The notes under the pieces are model-generated. The model did no database searches. It had not been told where the DNA came from and saw nothing but the letters and a program-made list of their open reading frames with translations. Below are positions 25,883 to 39,540 of a stretch of DNA of 64,000 nt, in pieces (within the stretch, counting starts at the first letter, position 1; each line of letters opens with the position of its first letter). Source of the DNA: Eledone cirrhosa. Lineage: Eukaryota. A program made the translations under genes and the position numbers. The stretch spans positions 12,276,001 through 12,340,000 of the forward strand of contig OZ024752.1 in the NCBI GenBank assembly GCA_964016885.1, in the 5' to 3' direction.

Positions 25883-26396
25883 TTTATCCCGGGTTGAAGC
25901 GAGTGTAACTTCCTGATGATTTCTCCCGAACGAAACATTTCGATATTAGATAGATATATACTGTATTTATAACTTTGAATAAAGTTTGTTTACACCAACT
26001 TTTTATTTCTCATTAAATGGCCCTTGCCATTCTGAGTTCTAATCCCGCCGAGGTTAACTTTGCCTTTCATCCTTACGGGGTCGATAAAATAAAGTACCGG
26101 TAATGTACTGGGTAATTGCTGGCCTTGTGCCAAATGTAGAAACAATTATTATTATTATTATTATTATTATTATTTACGTCCGGAGTTCAAATCCCGCCGA
26201 GGTTAGCTTTGTCTTTCATCCTTACGGGGTGGATATAATAAAGTACCAGTAATGTACTGGAGTTGATTTAATCGACTTTCCCCTCCCCTTCGAATTGCTG
26301 GCCTTGTGCTTAAATCAGAAACAATTATTATTATGATGACTTTGTGGTTAAGTAAAATGCAGTTTAAAGATGAAAATATTGTGTAATATTTTTTAC

Positions 26397-26474
26397 CTCC
26401 CGATACTGCACTGGTGCTCCTCCCAGATGGTCATCCAATTCCACTGTTTTATAGGCAGCTACACCTTGCTCATC
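26397..26474 (-). CDS. Gelsolin-family exon 4 ([26 protein letters not shown])
   Basis: tttag acceptor, gtaaaa donor, 78 nt, G1 actin-binding helix motif. Confidence 0.95.
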
Positions 26475-26704
26475 CTAAATAAGGGATAAAAAGACATATT
26501 TCTAAAAAAGGAAGACAGTTTCCTATAAAACAAATTTAATCCTTTAGCATTTGATGTTATCTATTTTGAGAACAATATTTTAACATCAGTATGAGTGGCT
26601 AGTTACAGCCAGTTTGAACAGAAAGAGGGGAGAGAATTCTGACCGGATGTGACCAGTTTAAATGTTAAAGTGTTAAACATATTATTAAGAAAATTGTACA
26701 GTTA

Positions 26705-28165
26705 ATCATCACCATCATCATTATCATCACCACCACCACCACCACCACCACCATCACCACCACCACCACCACCATCACCATCACCATCACCATCACCACG
26801 ATCACCATCATCATTACCATCACCACCACCACCGCCATCACCACCACCACCACCACCACCATCACCACCACCACCACCATCACCACCACCACCACCATCA
26901 CCATCACCACCACCATCACCACCACCACCACCATCACCACCACCATCACCATCACCACCACCATCACCATCATCATTACCATCACCACCACCACCACCAT
27001 CGCCATCACCACCACCACCACCACCACCATCACCATCACCACCACCATCACCACCACCACCACCATCACCATCACCACCACCGTCACCACCACCATCACC
27101 ATCACCACCACCATCACCACCACCACCACCATCACCATCACCACCACCATCACCATCATCATTACCATCACCACCACCACCACCATCGCCATCACCACCA
27201 TCACCATCACCACCACCATCACCACCACCATCATTATTACCACCACCATTGCCACCACCACCACCATCACCACCACCACCACCACCACCATCACCACCAC
27301 CATCACCACCACCACCATCACCACCACCACCACCATCACCACCACCACCACCATCACCACCACCATCACCACCACCACCATCACCACCACCACCATCACC
27401 ATCACCACCACCATCACCATCCCCACCACCACCACCACCACCACCACCATCACCATCACCACCACCATCACCATCACCACCACCACCACCACCACCATCA
27501 CCCCCATCATCACCATCATCACCAGCACCACCACCACCACCACTATCACCACCACCACCACCATCTCCACCACCATCACCACCACCACCATCACCATCAC
27601 CACCATTACCACCACCATCACCATCACCATTACCACCACCACCATCACCACCACCACCATCCCCACCACCACCACCACCATCCCCATCACCACCACCATC
27701 ACCATCACCACCACCATCACCATCACCACCACCACCACCACCACCATCACCCCCATCATCACCATCATCACCATCACCACCACTATCACCACCACCACCA
27801 CCATCTCCACCACCATCACCACCACCACTATCACCATCACCACCATTACCACCACCATCACCATCACCATTACCACCACCATCACCATCACCACCACCAC
27901 CATCACCACCACCACCACCACCACCACCATTACCATCACCACCACCATCACCATCATTATTACCACCACCATCACGACCACCACGACCACCATCACCATT
28001 ATCATCACCACCACCATCACCACCACCACCACCATCATCATCACCACCACCATTACCATCATCACCGCCACCATCACCACCACCATCATCACCGCCACCA
28101 CCATTATAATCATCATCATCACTTGTATTTGTGATTGTATTAGAAGAATCATCATCATCACCATT
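26705..28165. repeat. 1.45-kb (CAC/CAT)n trinucleotide tract
   Basis: Seen directly. Confidence 0.95.
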
Positions 28166-28716
28166 TTACATCGACATCTTCACACTAGCATGGGTTAGAC
28201 GGGTTGTCCTGTTGTGGGCTATGCCAGGACAGGTGACCTTGTCTTGCCCATACAGAACTTGATTTCTACAGCTGGATGCCCCTCCTAACACCAACCTCAT
28301 TTACAAGCTTTTTTACCGTGGCGCCTACACGACCACTCTACAGTGTGTACTGGGTGCGTTTTGTCGTGACACCTCCATGACCACTATACAGTGGGAGGGG
28401 CGTGGGGGTATACTGCCTATATGCTTCAGCTTAGGCATGTACCTGTGGGAACTCACGTCTTCTGTATTACTACATAACGCCAGAGGTCTCAGTCCTGTCA
28501 TCACCTTTGAGAGGTGCAATTGGGCAAGATCAGTTTTTATCACCTCATTCCAGGTCTTCTTGGGTCTCCCCACTCCGAGGTTTCCATTGACTTTTAGTGC
28601 TCTGCACCTTTTTATGCAACTGTCATCCTTCATACGCATCACATGTCCATACCAACGCAACCTCCTCTCCTGCACACAACATTTGATTCCTCTTATGCTT
28701 AGTCGCTCACTTAATT
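28150..28716 (-). mobile_element. RTE LINE 3' end fragment
   Basis: RRLRWYGHVMR..GRPKKTW, followed by the same 3' UTR as 46890-47230. Confidence 0.88.
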
Positions 28717-28764
28717 CAAGAATATCATTGAAAATTACAAACAATTTATAAACACTGTACAAAC

Positions 28765-28836
28765 CTTGGAACATTCGGCACCCAACCAGAAATGAACATC
28801 CCATGTTAATTTATCATGTTTGGGGCTTTTTTTAGT
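28765..28836 (-). CDS. Gelsolin-family exon 3 (TKKSPKHDKLTWDVHFWLGAECSK)
   Basis: tttgcag acceptor, gtttgt donor, 72 nt, DVHFWLG motif. Confidence 0.92.
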
Positions 28837-28939
28837 CTGCAAAAGAAGAGAAAATATATTTTTTAAATAAAACCTTGAAGCATATTATGAATCTTGGGCA
28901 ATCTCCGAAAGAATACTATTGCAAATACAAGCGGCCGAA

Positions 28940-29290
28940 ATGGGGTTCCTCTGAAAGGTCTTTGGAGTAACGTTACTCGATAAAGTGCATAGCTCAGACA
29001 TTTGAGAGTCACTCCTGGTAGAGCGGCTACCTCTCCGAATTGAGAGATAACAGCTCCAATATTATGGACATCGCTGGACAGATTTTGCAGACAAAACCAA
29101 CCGGCAAGAAACCCGGGTGTAGACCCTGAACAAGATGGCTGGATAACATCCATGAGCTTGGCTGTTCACGTTTGGGGATCCAGCTGGATCAGTTGGAGTC
29201 AGTGGCTTCTGACAGGACCCTCTGGTAGGAGTGCTTGAGGACTCTGCCCCAATGACCCTCTCAGGAATAAGTGGGCAAAGTAGAAGATTA
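28940..29290 (+). mobile_element. 3' end of a second RTE-like LINE family (second copy at ~37830-38195)
   Basis: Two dispersed copies with degenerate (GRP)xxRWLD..ASDRTxW coding. Confidence 0.6.
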
Positions 29291-29543
29291 TTATGGGTTT
29301 ACCAATTAACAGAAATTTTTCAAAACTTGTAAATTCGGGGGGACTTTTTATGGACAGATTACCATAAATGCTAATGGAATTGTACAGACAGTATCTTGGG
29401 CATTCTACCTGGCAGCAACCCCTCCTCTCTATGTATGACCACAGGGGATTTCTTCCACAAAGAAAGAGGGGGGAATAATCTAAATGTAAATGTGTTGAGA
29501 GACTGGAGGCAACAGTGTTTCGTGACAGAATAGAGACAATATA

Positions 29544-29711
29544 CCGTATTTCCCGGTTTCAAAGACATTACTTTTTTCCTAAAATAAGTCTTAAAAATCT
29601 ACCATGCGTCCTGGAGGTCAAAAGTTGTTTATTATTTTTTTTTTTATTTTTGGTTGTCAAAATTAGGGTACGTCCTCGAGGACGAAGAGTCTTCGGTACC
29701 GGGAAATACGG
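29544..29711. mobile_element. pogo/Tc1-type MITE
   Basis: TA-ccgtatttcccgg ... ccgggaaatacgg-TA. Confidence 0.75.
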
Positions 29712-32700
29712 TACATTCTTTTATTTCTTTAATGATTGACAAGATCACCGACCTCATTCATTTAACAAATGGGGGTGGAACTCATCAATATCGCTATGCC
29801 CTAGAACCCATCCTCCTCCCGTTCTTCTGTGACCCTAGAGCCCTTGTCTTTCCATTCCTTTTCCATTTTCATATCCACACTGTAAACGTGGTTGGTGTTA
29901 GGAAGGGCATCCAGCCGTAGAAAACCTGCCAGACAGTCCTATACAAGCGAGACATGGTCACCCGACCAATCTTGCCTCAAGTGGGACAATTCCTGTCTAA
30001 ACCCATGCTAGTGTGGAAGATAGACGTTAAACGTTGATGATGATGATGATGATGATGATGATAACTAAAGATTGTTTTGGTACTTATCATTATTTGTCAA
30101 ATCGGACCAAGGAAACAATGTTTCCATTGGTATTTCCAATTGATGATACCAGCTACTGGTCGCAACTCCTGACAGAAGGAGCAATGTGAAATAATGTGTC
30201 TTGCTCAAGGACATAACGCATCGCCTGGTCCAGGAATCGAACTCACAACCTTACGATTGCGAATCCAATTCTCTAATCACTAAGCCACATCAATAGATGC
30301 CAGTTTTTTTTTCAGATCTGTTTACTTGAGTGCTTTTCTTGTATTGTTTGATTTTTTGTTTGATTTTGTTTGGTTTTTTTTCCACTTTTTATATGAAACT
30401 ACTGAAGCTTAGAAATAGAAATATTTATCAATTTCTCGAAATCTTATTTGAATATCAAATATGTGTCCCACCTACTTTCTATATATAATATACAAGGTGT
30501 ATATAATATATAATATACAAATAGTAATACAAAATAAATCACACAAAAATGAAATGGCTTACAAATCAATTTTTCTACTATTTCTTCAATTTATCTGTTA
30601 ACTCTTTAGCATTTACAAGTGGAGAGATGCTATGCTGAATAGGACCCGTCCAACCCTTGCAAGCAAGGAAAAGTGTATTTTCACAGTAAAGGCTTTACCT
30701 GACATAATTATCTTACATAATATCTCATATATCTCACATAATATCAAATCTATGAGATACTGATATTATTTATTTTGAGAATTAAAAGGGCGGTGGATTG
30801 GCAGTATTGGTAGAGGGTCGGACGCCATGCTTTGACGCATAGAGTTACAGCCCTTGCCATTCTGAGTTCAAATCCCGCCGAGGTTAACTTTGCCTTTCAT
30901 CCTTACGGGGTCGATAAAATAAAGTATGGTTGACATTCTACAGAGTGTATTTATCATGAAGATCAGCAACAATAAGGAGATTGTCATGTCCTTCACACAA
31001 CCGAAGGACCTCCCAACACTTTGTCTGGCAAGCTTTCTATAGCTGGATGCCTTTCCTATCACCACTTTACAGCGTTTACTGTATGCTGCTATCTCAGTCT
31101 TCACTAGCACTGCATAGCGCCAACCCTCACAGTCCTTTGTCATCTCTTTTTGAGTTTGTCTCTTCCATGGGTCTCAGCTATTGGGTTTTCTCTGCATTTC
31201 TTTATGCAGGTGCTATCTTCCATATGCATCACACGTCGATACCAATGCAGTCTTCTCCATTGCACACTGCATCCAACTCCTCTTATGCCAAGTTTTTCTC
31301 CCTGTGTATATTATATTAAGTATCTATTGGCTTTGTAAAAAATATTATTACAAGCTGACTAAGGGCTGAATGATTGGCTGAATGTTTGGGGATTTCAGGG
31401 CAGTAGATTGATAGAAAGTTTAGAGGGTCAGGCCAGCAGATTGGTAGAATATTTGGGGGTGTCATGGCAGTAGATTGGTAGACTTTCAGAAAGATTTTTT
31501 TCACGCTCAGAGTTGCTGAAGCATGGAATAAACTACCTGCATCAGTTTTTAGTTACCGAGATACTGCATCCTTTAAAACCTCCATGCTGCCTGAGATTCA
31601 CCAACTCTACACCAGATATCCCACCTCCATACACACACATGTATATCATGACTCATACACTATTCACTTTCCTGACATTTGTATATTATTCTATGTACTA
31701 TGCATGCACCTTTGATGAGTTGTAGTGCACCTGAGAACTGTATACAATAATTTCATTATTATTATTATGATCGGTAGAAGGTCGGATGCCATGTTTTACA
31801 GCATTGGGTTACGGCCCTTTACGGTCTGAGTTCAAATCCCACCGAGGTTAACTTTGCCTTTCGACCATACGGGGTCGATAAAATAAAGTACCAGTCATGC
31901 ACTAGGGTCGATTTAATTGACTTTCCCCTCCCCTTCAAATTGCTGGCCTTGTGCTTAAAGTAGAAACAATTATTATTATAATATTTGGGGGTTTCAGGGC
32001 AGCAGATTGGCAGAATGTTTGGTGAGTGTCAGGTCAGTAGATTGAGGGAATATTTGGGGGTTTCAGGTGAGCAGATTGACAGAATGTTTGTCAGACAAAA
32101 TATTTTGTAGCATTTGTTTCAAATCTTTACATTCTGAGTTCAAATCCCTCCAATGTCAACTTCACCTTTTATCCCTCTGAATCTCGATACAATAAAGCAC
32201 CAATCAAGTACTAGGGTCAATTTAATTGACTTTCCCTCTCCCCACCTCAATGTATTGGCCTTGTTCCAAAATTAGAAAACCTTATTATTGTTGTTTCTGT
32301 AGTTGTTTAACCATTTAACATTTAAACCGGTCATATCTGGCCAGAATTCTCTCACCTTTCTGTTTAAATTGGCTGTAACTGACCACTCATACTGATGTTA
32401 AGTTATTGTTCTCAAAATAAATAAAATCAAAATCTTAAAGATGCAATATTATGAAAGATATTATGTGAGATAAAGCCTTTACTGTGAAAATAGAATAGTA
32501 AATATAGAGTAATGTAAATGCTGAAGGGTTAAATAGATGCAAGATTGAACCATGTTATGTAGTTTATGTTAATAATTGTTTCTACGTTTGGCACAAGGCC
32601 AGCAATTACCCAGTGCATTACTGGTACTTTATTTTATTGACCCCGTAAGGATGAAAGGCAAAGTTAACCTCGGCGGGATTTGAACTCAATGATGACTGTT

Positions 32701-32858
32701 GCAAAGAAGCCATAGATCAAAAAGATTTCTCACTTCTGTTTTCATGAGTTGGATAAAACACTATACAGAATGTAAAAATTTGAAACAAATGCCACAAAAT
32801 ATTTTGTCTGACAGCCCCAAACATTCGGCCAATCAACTACCCTGACCCCACCAAACAT

Positions 32859-32909
<51 letters not shown>

Positions 32910-33717
32910 CCCTACTCCATTCTCCCACTCCCACCAACACCACCCTCTTTCTGTAAAGTTGGTACCACAACATCCAGTCCAAACTAATGAGATAATGAGA
33001 TCGAGGTCGTGTAGGTATCACGGCAAAAAAACACACGGTCCTCGCTGTAATGTGGTCGTGTAGGTAACACAGTAAAAGGCTCCCAGTCCACACTGTAAAT
33101 GTGGTCGGTGTTAGGAAGGGCATCCAGCCGTAGAAAACCTGCCAGATAGTCCTATACAAGCGAGACACGGTCACCCAACCAATCTTGCCTCAAGTGGGAC
33201 AACGCCCGTCTAACACATGCTAGCGTGGAAGATAGACGTTAAACGATGATGATGATGTTATATATATATATATAAGGATGGTATGCTCATGTGCATATGT
33301 ATATACAGGGTGTCCCCAAAAGATGTACACACACTTTTATTAGAATGCTGTTGAAGTGTATATATATTTATATATATATTGTTATACTTTGGGAGGGTCA
33401 TGCTGCCAATAAAAACACAGGCTCCTGTTGGTTTTCACTTCAGGTGCGTGTGTTTTTATTGGTAGCATAACCTTCCCAAGTATAAGAATATCTGTTTCAA
33501 CACACGTTTTCAGAAAAGAAATCTTGCAAAACAAATTCAAAAACGAAATATATATATATGCCAAATATTCTTTACTTACAGTCATGTATACATCACTATT
33601 TCAGAGCACCAATCCTAATACCTAATTTTTGCTGGACCGGCAATCGTTCTGTATAATCAGCTCCTTATTACTGGAATTCTATAAGAATCCAATTTCTATA
33701 ATTTTTGGTGGAAGCAG

Positions 33718-33777
33718 GGGAGTGTGTGGTTTTGATAAATGCCAACCAGTGAGAAACAGACTGTCAACCACTCTCCC
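33718..33777 (+). ncRNA. Hammerhead motif with U3:A8 core variant (paralogue of 55889-55950)
   Basis: gtggtt-TTGATAA-atgccaaccagtga-GAAA-cagactg-TC-aaccac. Confidence 0.68.
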
Positions 33778-34218
33778 TTACTTTCCCCGAAAAGAAGTAA
33801 GTCACATAGTCACTACATTAAAACTAATAGTGAATGGTCTTCTAAATGTTTTTCATTAAACATACATATATTTATATATATATATATGTATATAATGGTT
33901 AAAGTATCTAGCCGGTATCCTGAAGACATGGGGCTTGATTCCTCATAGCAGCTGATGGCAACTTCTTTTTCCGTCTTTAAAGGTCTTCATCCTATTTTAT
34001 AAACTATTTTATAGCATCTCCACACATGAGCACAACTATTCTTTATATTAACTGTTTAGTTGTATACATAATTATGTGAAATAAATGTAAATAATGACAC
34101 ACTTGTACAAGACTGAGAACATTCACTGGGACTAGGGTGGCTTGTAGAAAGGGAAAAAGGTTTTAATTAAAAGAGGAATAGAAACAAAAAATAGGAAACT
34201 TTGATGTCAGTTGCAACC

Positions 34219-34440
34219 CACACACACACACATAGTCAGACACACACACACATACACACAGTCAGACACACACACACAGTCAGACACACACAGTCAGACA
34301 CACGCAGTCAGACACACACACACAGTCAGACACATACACACAGTCAGACACACACAGTCACACACACACACACACAGTCAGACACACACACACACACAGT
34401 CAGACACACACACAGAGTCATACACACACACACACAGTCA

Positions 34441-34480
<40 letters not shown>

Positions 34481-34539
34481 CAGACACACGCAATCAGACA
34501 CACACACACACAGTCAGACACATACACACACACAGTCAG

Positions 34540-34577
<38 letters not shown>

Positions 34578-35435
34578 ACACAGTCAGACACACAGACACA
34601 GTGAGACACATAGACACAGTCAGACACACAGACACAGTCAGACACACACACACAGACAGACACACAGAGACAGTCAGACACACAGACAGACACACACTCA
34701 GACACACATACACACACATACACACACTCAGACACACACAGACACACACTCAGATACACACACACACACACTCAGACACACACACACACACACAATGATG
34801 CCAGCTGCAAAATCAATCAATAAATATTTTGGTCACCTTAATTGACTGAATATTTGATGTGGTTAGAAACAATCGCTTATTGAATGGGTAATGTGTGAGA
34901 TTTTAGATATGTGGGTCTATGTCTATGTGTGTATGCATGTGTGTGTGTCTGAGTGTATATGTGTCTGCTTGTGTGTGTCTGTGTGTCTGTCTATGTGTGT
35001 CTGACTGTGTGTGTCTGTGTGTGTGTGTGTCTGAGTGTGTGTGTACGTCTGTATGTCTGAGTGTGTGTGTGTGTCTGTGTATGTCTGAGTGTGTGTCTGT
35101 GTGTATCTGTGTGTGTGCATGTATGTGTGTGTGTATGTCTGTGTCTGAGTGTGTGTGTATGTTTGAGTGTATGTGTGTCTGCCTGTGTGTGTCTGTGTGT
35201 CTGACTCTGTGTGTCTGTATGTCTGTGTCTGAGTGTGTGTGTACGTCTGTATGTCTGAGTGTGTGTGTATATCTGTGTCTGAGTGTGTGTGTATGTCTGT
35301 ATGTCTGAGTGTGTGTGTATGTCTGTGTATGTCTGAGTGTGTGTGTGTGTCTGTGTATGTCTGGGTGTGTGTCTGTGTGTATCCGTGTGTGTGCATGTAT
35401 GTGTATGTGTATGTCTGAGTGTGTGTATGCATGTG
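34219..35435. repeat. (CA)-rich tract followed by an opposed (TG)-rich tract
   Basis: 34219-34795 is CA-rich and 34920-35435 is TG-rich. Confidence 0.9.
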
Positions 35436-35681
35436 TTTGAGTATTAATTTAAATAAACTGTTATATTCATATTCACTCCAATCCAAGTTTACCATATATC
35501 AAGTTAACTGAGGGTTGCAGATGACCATCTATATATTTACAGTGGGATTGTATTTGTGAGACACCCAGTACACTCTGTAAAACTGTTGGTAATGAGAGGA
35601 CCCTCCAGTTGGAGAAAACTTGCCAAAAAAAAGGTTAGAAGGCTTTTTCAGTTGTGTCAAGGTTATGATCACTTCTTTTGG

Positions 35682-36955
35682 GCTGGTACCATGTTAAAAT
35701 AACTATTTCACTAGGGCTGGTACCATGATAAAATAACTATTTCACTAGGGCTGGTACCATGATAAAATAACTATTTCACTAGTGTTGGTACCATGATAAA
35801 ATGAATATTTCACTAGTGCTGGTACCATGATAAAATAACTATTTCACTAGTGTTGGTACCATGATAAAATAACTATTTCACTAGTACTGGTACCATGTTA
35901 AAATAACTATTTCACTAGGGCTGGTACCATGATAAAATAACTATTTCACTAGTGTTGGTACCATGATAAAATGAATATTTCACTAGTGCTGGTACCATGA
36001 TAAAATAACTATTTCACTAGTGTTGGTACCATGATAAAATAACTATTTCACTAGTGCTGGTACCATGTTAAAATAACTATTTCACTAGGGCTGGTACCAT
36101 GATAAAATAACTATTTCACTAGTGTTGGTACCATGATAAAATGAATATTTCACTAGTGCTGGTACCATGATAAAATAACTATTTCACTAGTGTTGGTACC
36201 ATGATAAAATAACTATTTCACTAGTGTTGGTACCATGATAAAATAACTATTTCACTAGTGCTGGTACCATGATAAAATAACTATTTACTAACACTGGTAC
36301 CATGATAAAATGACTATTTCACTAGTGCTGGTACCATGATAAAATAACTATTTACTAACACTGGTACCATGATTAAATGACTATTTACTATCACTGGCAC
36401 CATGATAAAATGACTATTTCACTAGTGCTGGTACCATGATAAAATGACTACTTCACTAGCACTGGTACCATGATGAAATGACTACTTCACTAGCACTGGT
36501 ACCATGATGAAATGACTACTTCACTACCACTGGTACCATGATGAAATGACTACTTCACTAGCACTGGTACCATGATGAAATGACTACTTCACTAGCACTG
36601 GTACCATGATGAAATGACTACTTCACTAGCACTGGTACCATGATGAAATGACTACTTCACTAGCACTGGTACCATGATGAAATGACTACTTCACTAGCAC
36701 TGGTACCATGATGAAATGACTACTTCACTAGCACTGGTACCATGATGAAATGACTACTTCACTAGCACTGGTACCATGATGAAATGACTACTTCACTAGC
36801 ACTGGTACCATGATGAAATGACTACTTCACTAGCACTGGTACCATGATGAAATGACTACTTCACTAGCACTGGTACCATGATGAAATGACTACTTCACTA
36901 GCACTGGTACCATGATGAAATGACTACTTCACTAGCACTGGTACCATGATGAAAT
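35682..36955. repeat. 34-bp minisatellite with two variant domains
   Basis: ggtaccatgataaaataactatttcactagtgct grading into ggtaccatgatgaaatgactacttcactagcact. Confidence 0.95.
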
Positions 36956-37049
36956 TCCCAATACTCTCTGTCCAGTATTTATGCCTTCTCCCACTTTTTC
37001 TTCCTCTTTTATTTGTATACAAATTGTATTTATTTGTATACAGATATGT

Positions 37050-37405
37050 ATGTGCAATGTAAGTGTCGGAGAAAGGCAGCGTTGGATGAGTTGAGGGAAA
37101 AGCTGGGTTTAAGATGATTCCGAAGTGGTATGCAGGACAGAAGACTTGGTATGGACATATGATACACATGGACAATGATCATTAGGGAAAGAAGTACCAG
37201 GAAATGCCATTGGAAGGAAGCCATGGTGGAGATAGACCAAGAAAGACTTGGCCAGAGGTGAGAGCTGACCTCAAATCACTAAGACGGGCAGAGGAGATGA
37301 TGAAGGAATGCAACAGGTGGAGAGATGCTGTGCTAAGAAGGACCCATCGAACCCATGCAAGCATGGGAAAACGAACATAAAAACTATGATGATGACGATG
37401 ATGTC
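37050..37405 (+). mobile_element. Old RTE LINE 3' end fragment
   Basis: Degenerate WYGH..GRPRKTW coding, then aacccatgcaagcatgg..(tga)n tail. Confidence 0.75.
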
Positions 37406-39502
37406 TAAAAAAAAAGTCTAAAGTCTGTCTTAAGCCAGAAGACTCATTTGGCGGGTGCTTATCCCGGTTTCATGGCGTGAAGTGACTGAGAGTACAAGAC
37501 TCCCCCCTGGACAGGACACCAGTCCATTGCAGGGTTAAGCTCCCAGCTATTGCTGGTACTCATTTTCAGCTCAGTATACTGGAGCAACGTGAAATGAAGT
37601 GTTTTGTTCAAGAACACAACACGCAACCCAGGAATCGAACCCACAACATTATGATCGTAAGTCCAAGACCCTTACCACTAGGCCACATGCCTCCACTATG
37701 ATGATGATGATGATGATGACAGATACAAATTTATCATTAAACAAGGAAGAAGCTATACAAACTTTAGTGTTGTAAAATAAAGTTCATAAAATCTACAAGA
37801 ATGCTAATTATAAAAACAAATTTTGATTTCGGGAATCCTCTGAAGGGTCTTTGGAGTAACGGTATTGGATAAAGTGCATAGCTCAGAGATCAGAGAGTCA
37901 CTCCAGGTAGAGCTGCTACTTCTCTGAATTGAAGGATCACAGCTTCAATACTATGGACATGGGGTTAGAATGTCTTAGAAAGAATCACTGGACAGAGATT
38001 TTAAAGACAAAACCAACAGGCAGGAGACTCAGGTGTAGACTTCGAGCAAGATGGTTGGATAGCATCCATGAACTTGGCTGGTCTCACTTGGGGTTCCAAC
38101 TGGATCAGTTGGAGACGAATGCTTCTGACAGGACCCACTGGAGGAGTGTTTGAGGAATCTGCCCCTCTCAGGAATAAGTGGGCAAAGAAGAATATCATTT
38201 AAATGACTTCCAAATCTCAAACTGATAGCAACTTCTTTCTCCATCTTTAAGGGTCTTCACCCTATTTTATAAGCTATTTTATAGCAGCCCTACACATGAG
38301 TGCACCATTTTTTATATTAGCTTTGAAGGAGAACAAAAAGGGAAGAAAGTCGATTAAATCGACCCCTTCTCAGCCTAAGATCAAAGTGTAATAGAAATAA
38401 ATAATTGTTTCTACTTTTGGCACAAGGCCAGTAATTACCCAGTGTATTACTGGTACTTTATTTTATCGACCCCGTAAGGATGAAAGGCAAAGTTAACCTC
38501 AGCGGAATTTGAACTCAGAATGGCAAGGGGCGTAACTCTATGCGTCAAAGCATGGCGTCCGACCCTCTACTGATACTGCCGAGCCACCGCCCTCCTAGAA
38601 ATAAATAATGACAAAGAAATATAAACCCACCAAATTGTAAGGTATCCATCTTGAATAGAAGAGATTTGTTGTTCGAATATAAGGATGTAGATCTTCTATA
38701 TCAACACATGGCATTTTCTGTTTGTTAACATCGACACAAGCAGCAGAAAGCAATAAAAGCCACTAGTAAACATGGTGCAACAACAGTTATTGCATGGCGG
38801 AAACGACGAAACCACTTGCCTTTATCTGAATTCGCCATTTTGGCCTGACAAAATTAATATGACTTTTAGAATAGAGTTTTTTTTTTTTTGTAACTTAGTG
38901 TCCCTTGTACAAGAGAATTTACTTTTGAAAGAAAGTGAATTTCAAATTTCACACGAATAATTCAATTTTGCAGTAGAACAATTTCATATAAATATAGTTT
39001 TGAAGATTCAGAACAAAACCACGTATATCCTTAGGAAGGTATCAATCCAGTGAATGGGCAATTCTTTACAAGAAACACACATCTATAAGAAGACTCATAA
39101 CAAAGGAGAGTTCACTTTAACAAGAATACCAATTCCAGAGTAGTAATTATCATAATTATTATTATTTTTTTTTTTGTATTTTTGAGAACCAATTTATATA
39201 ATAAGTCAGTTGAAACTCGTCGGCCTGTTCTATGAAAAAATATTTTCAAGCGAGAGTAATTCAGATAAATGTTTACAATTGAAGTTTAACTCTATAGCAT
39301 TTAATCCGGCTAGAATTCTCTCACTTCTTTCTGTTCAAACTGGTTGTAACTGGCCACTCATACTGATGTTAAGGTATTGTTCTCAAAATAAATAATAACA
39401 AAATCTCATAGATTCGCTATTATGTGAAATAATTATGTGAGGTAAAGTGCTTACCGTGAAAATACAATAGTATATATAGATTAATGTTAAAGGGTTAATG
39501 AA

Positions 39503-39540
<38 letters not shown>

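Noticed and set aside
25912-25945. Further hammerhead-like strings (25912, 33919, 40845 minus, 56792)
   Set aside because: Core or stems too degenerate to call individually
26665-28164. Poly-Val/Met and Pro/Ser (extensin-like) ORFs, also at 13060-13722
   Set aside because: (CAC/CAT)n microsatellite
35682-36955. CRISPR-like array (34-bp repeats)
   Set aside because: Head-to-tail repeats with no unique spacers, no cas genes, eukaryotic context
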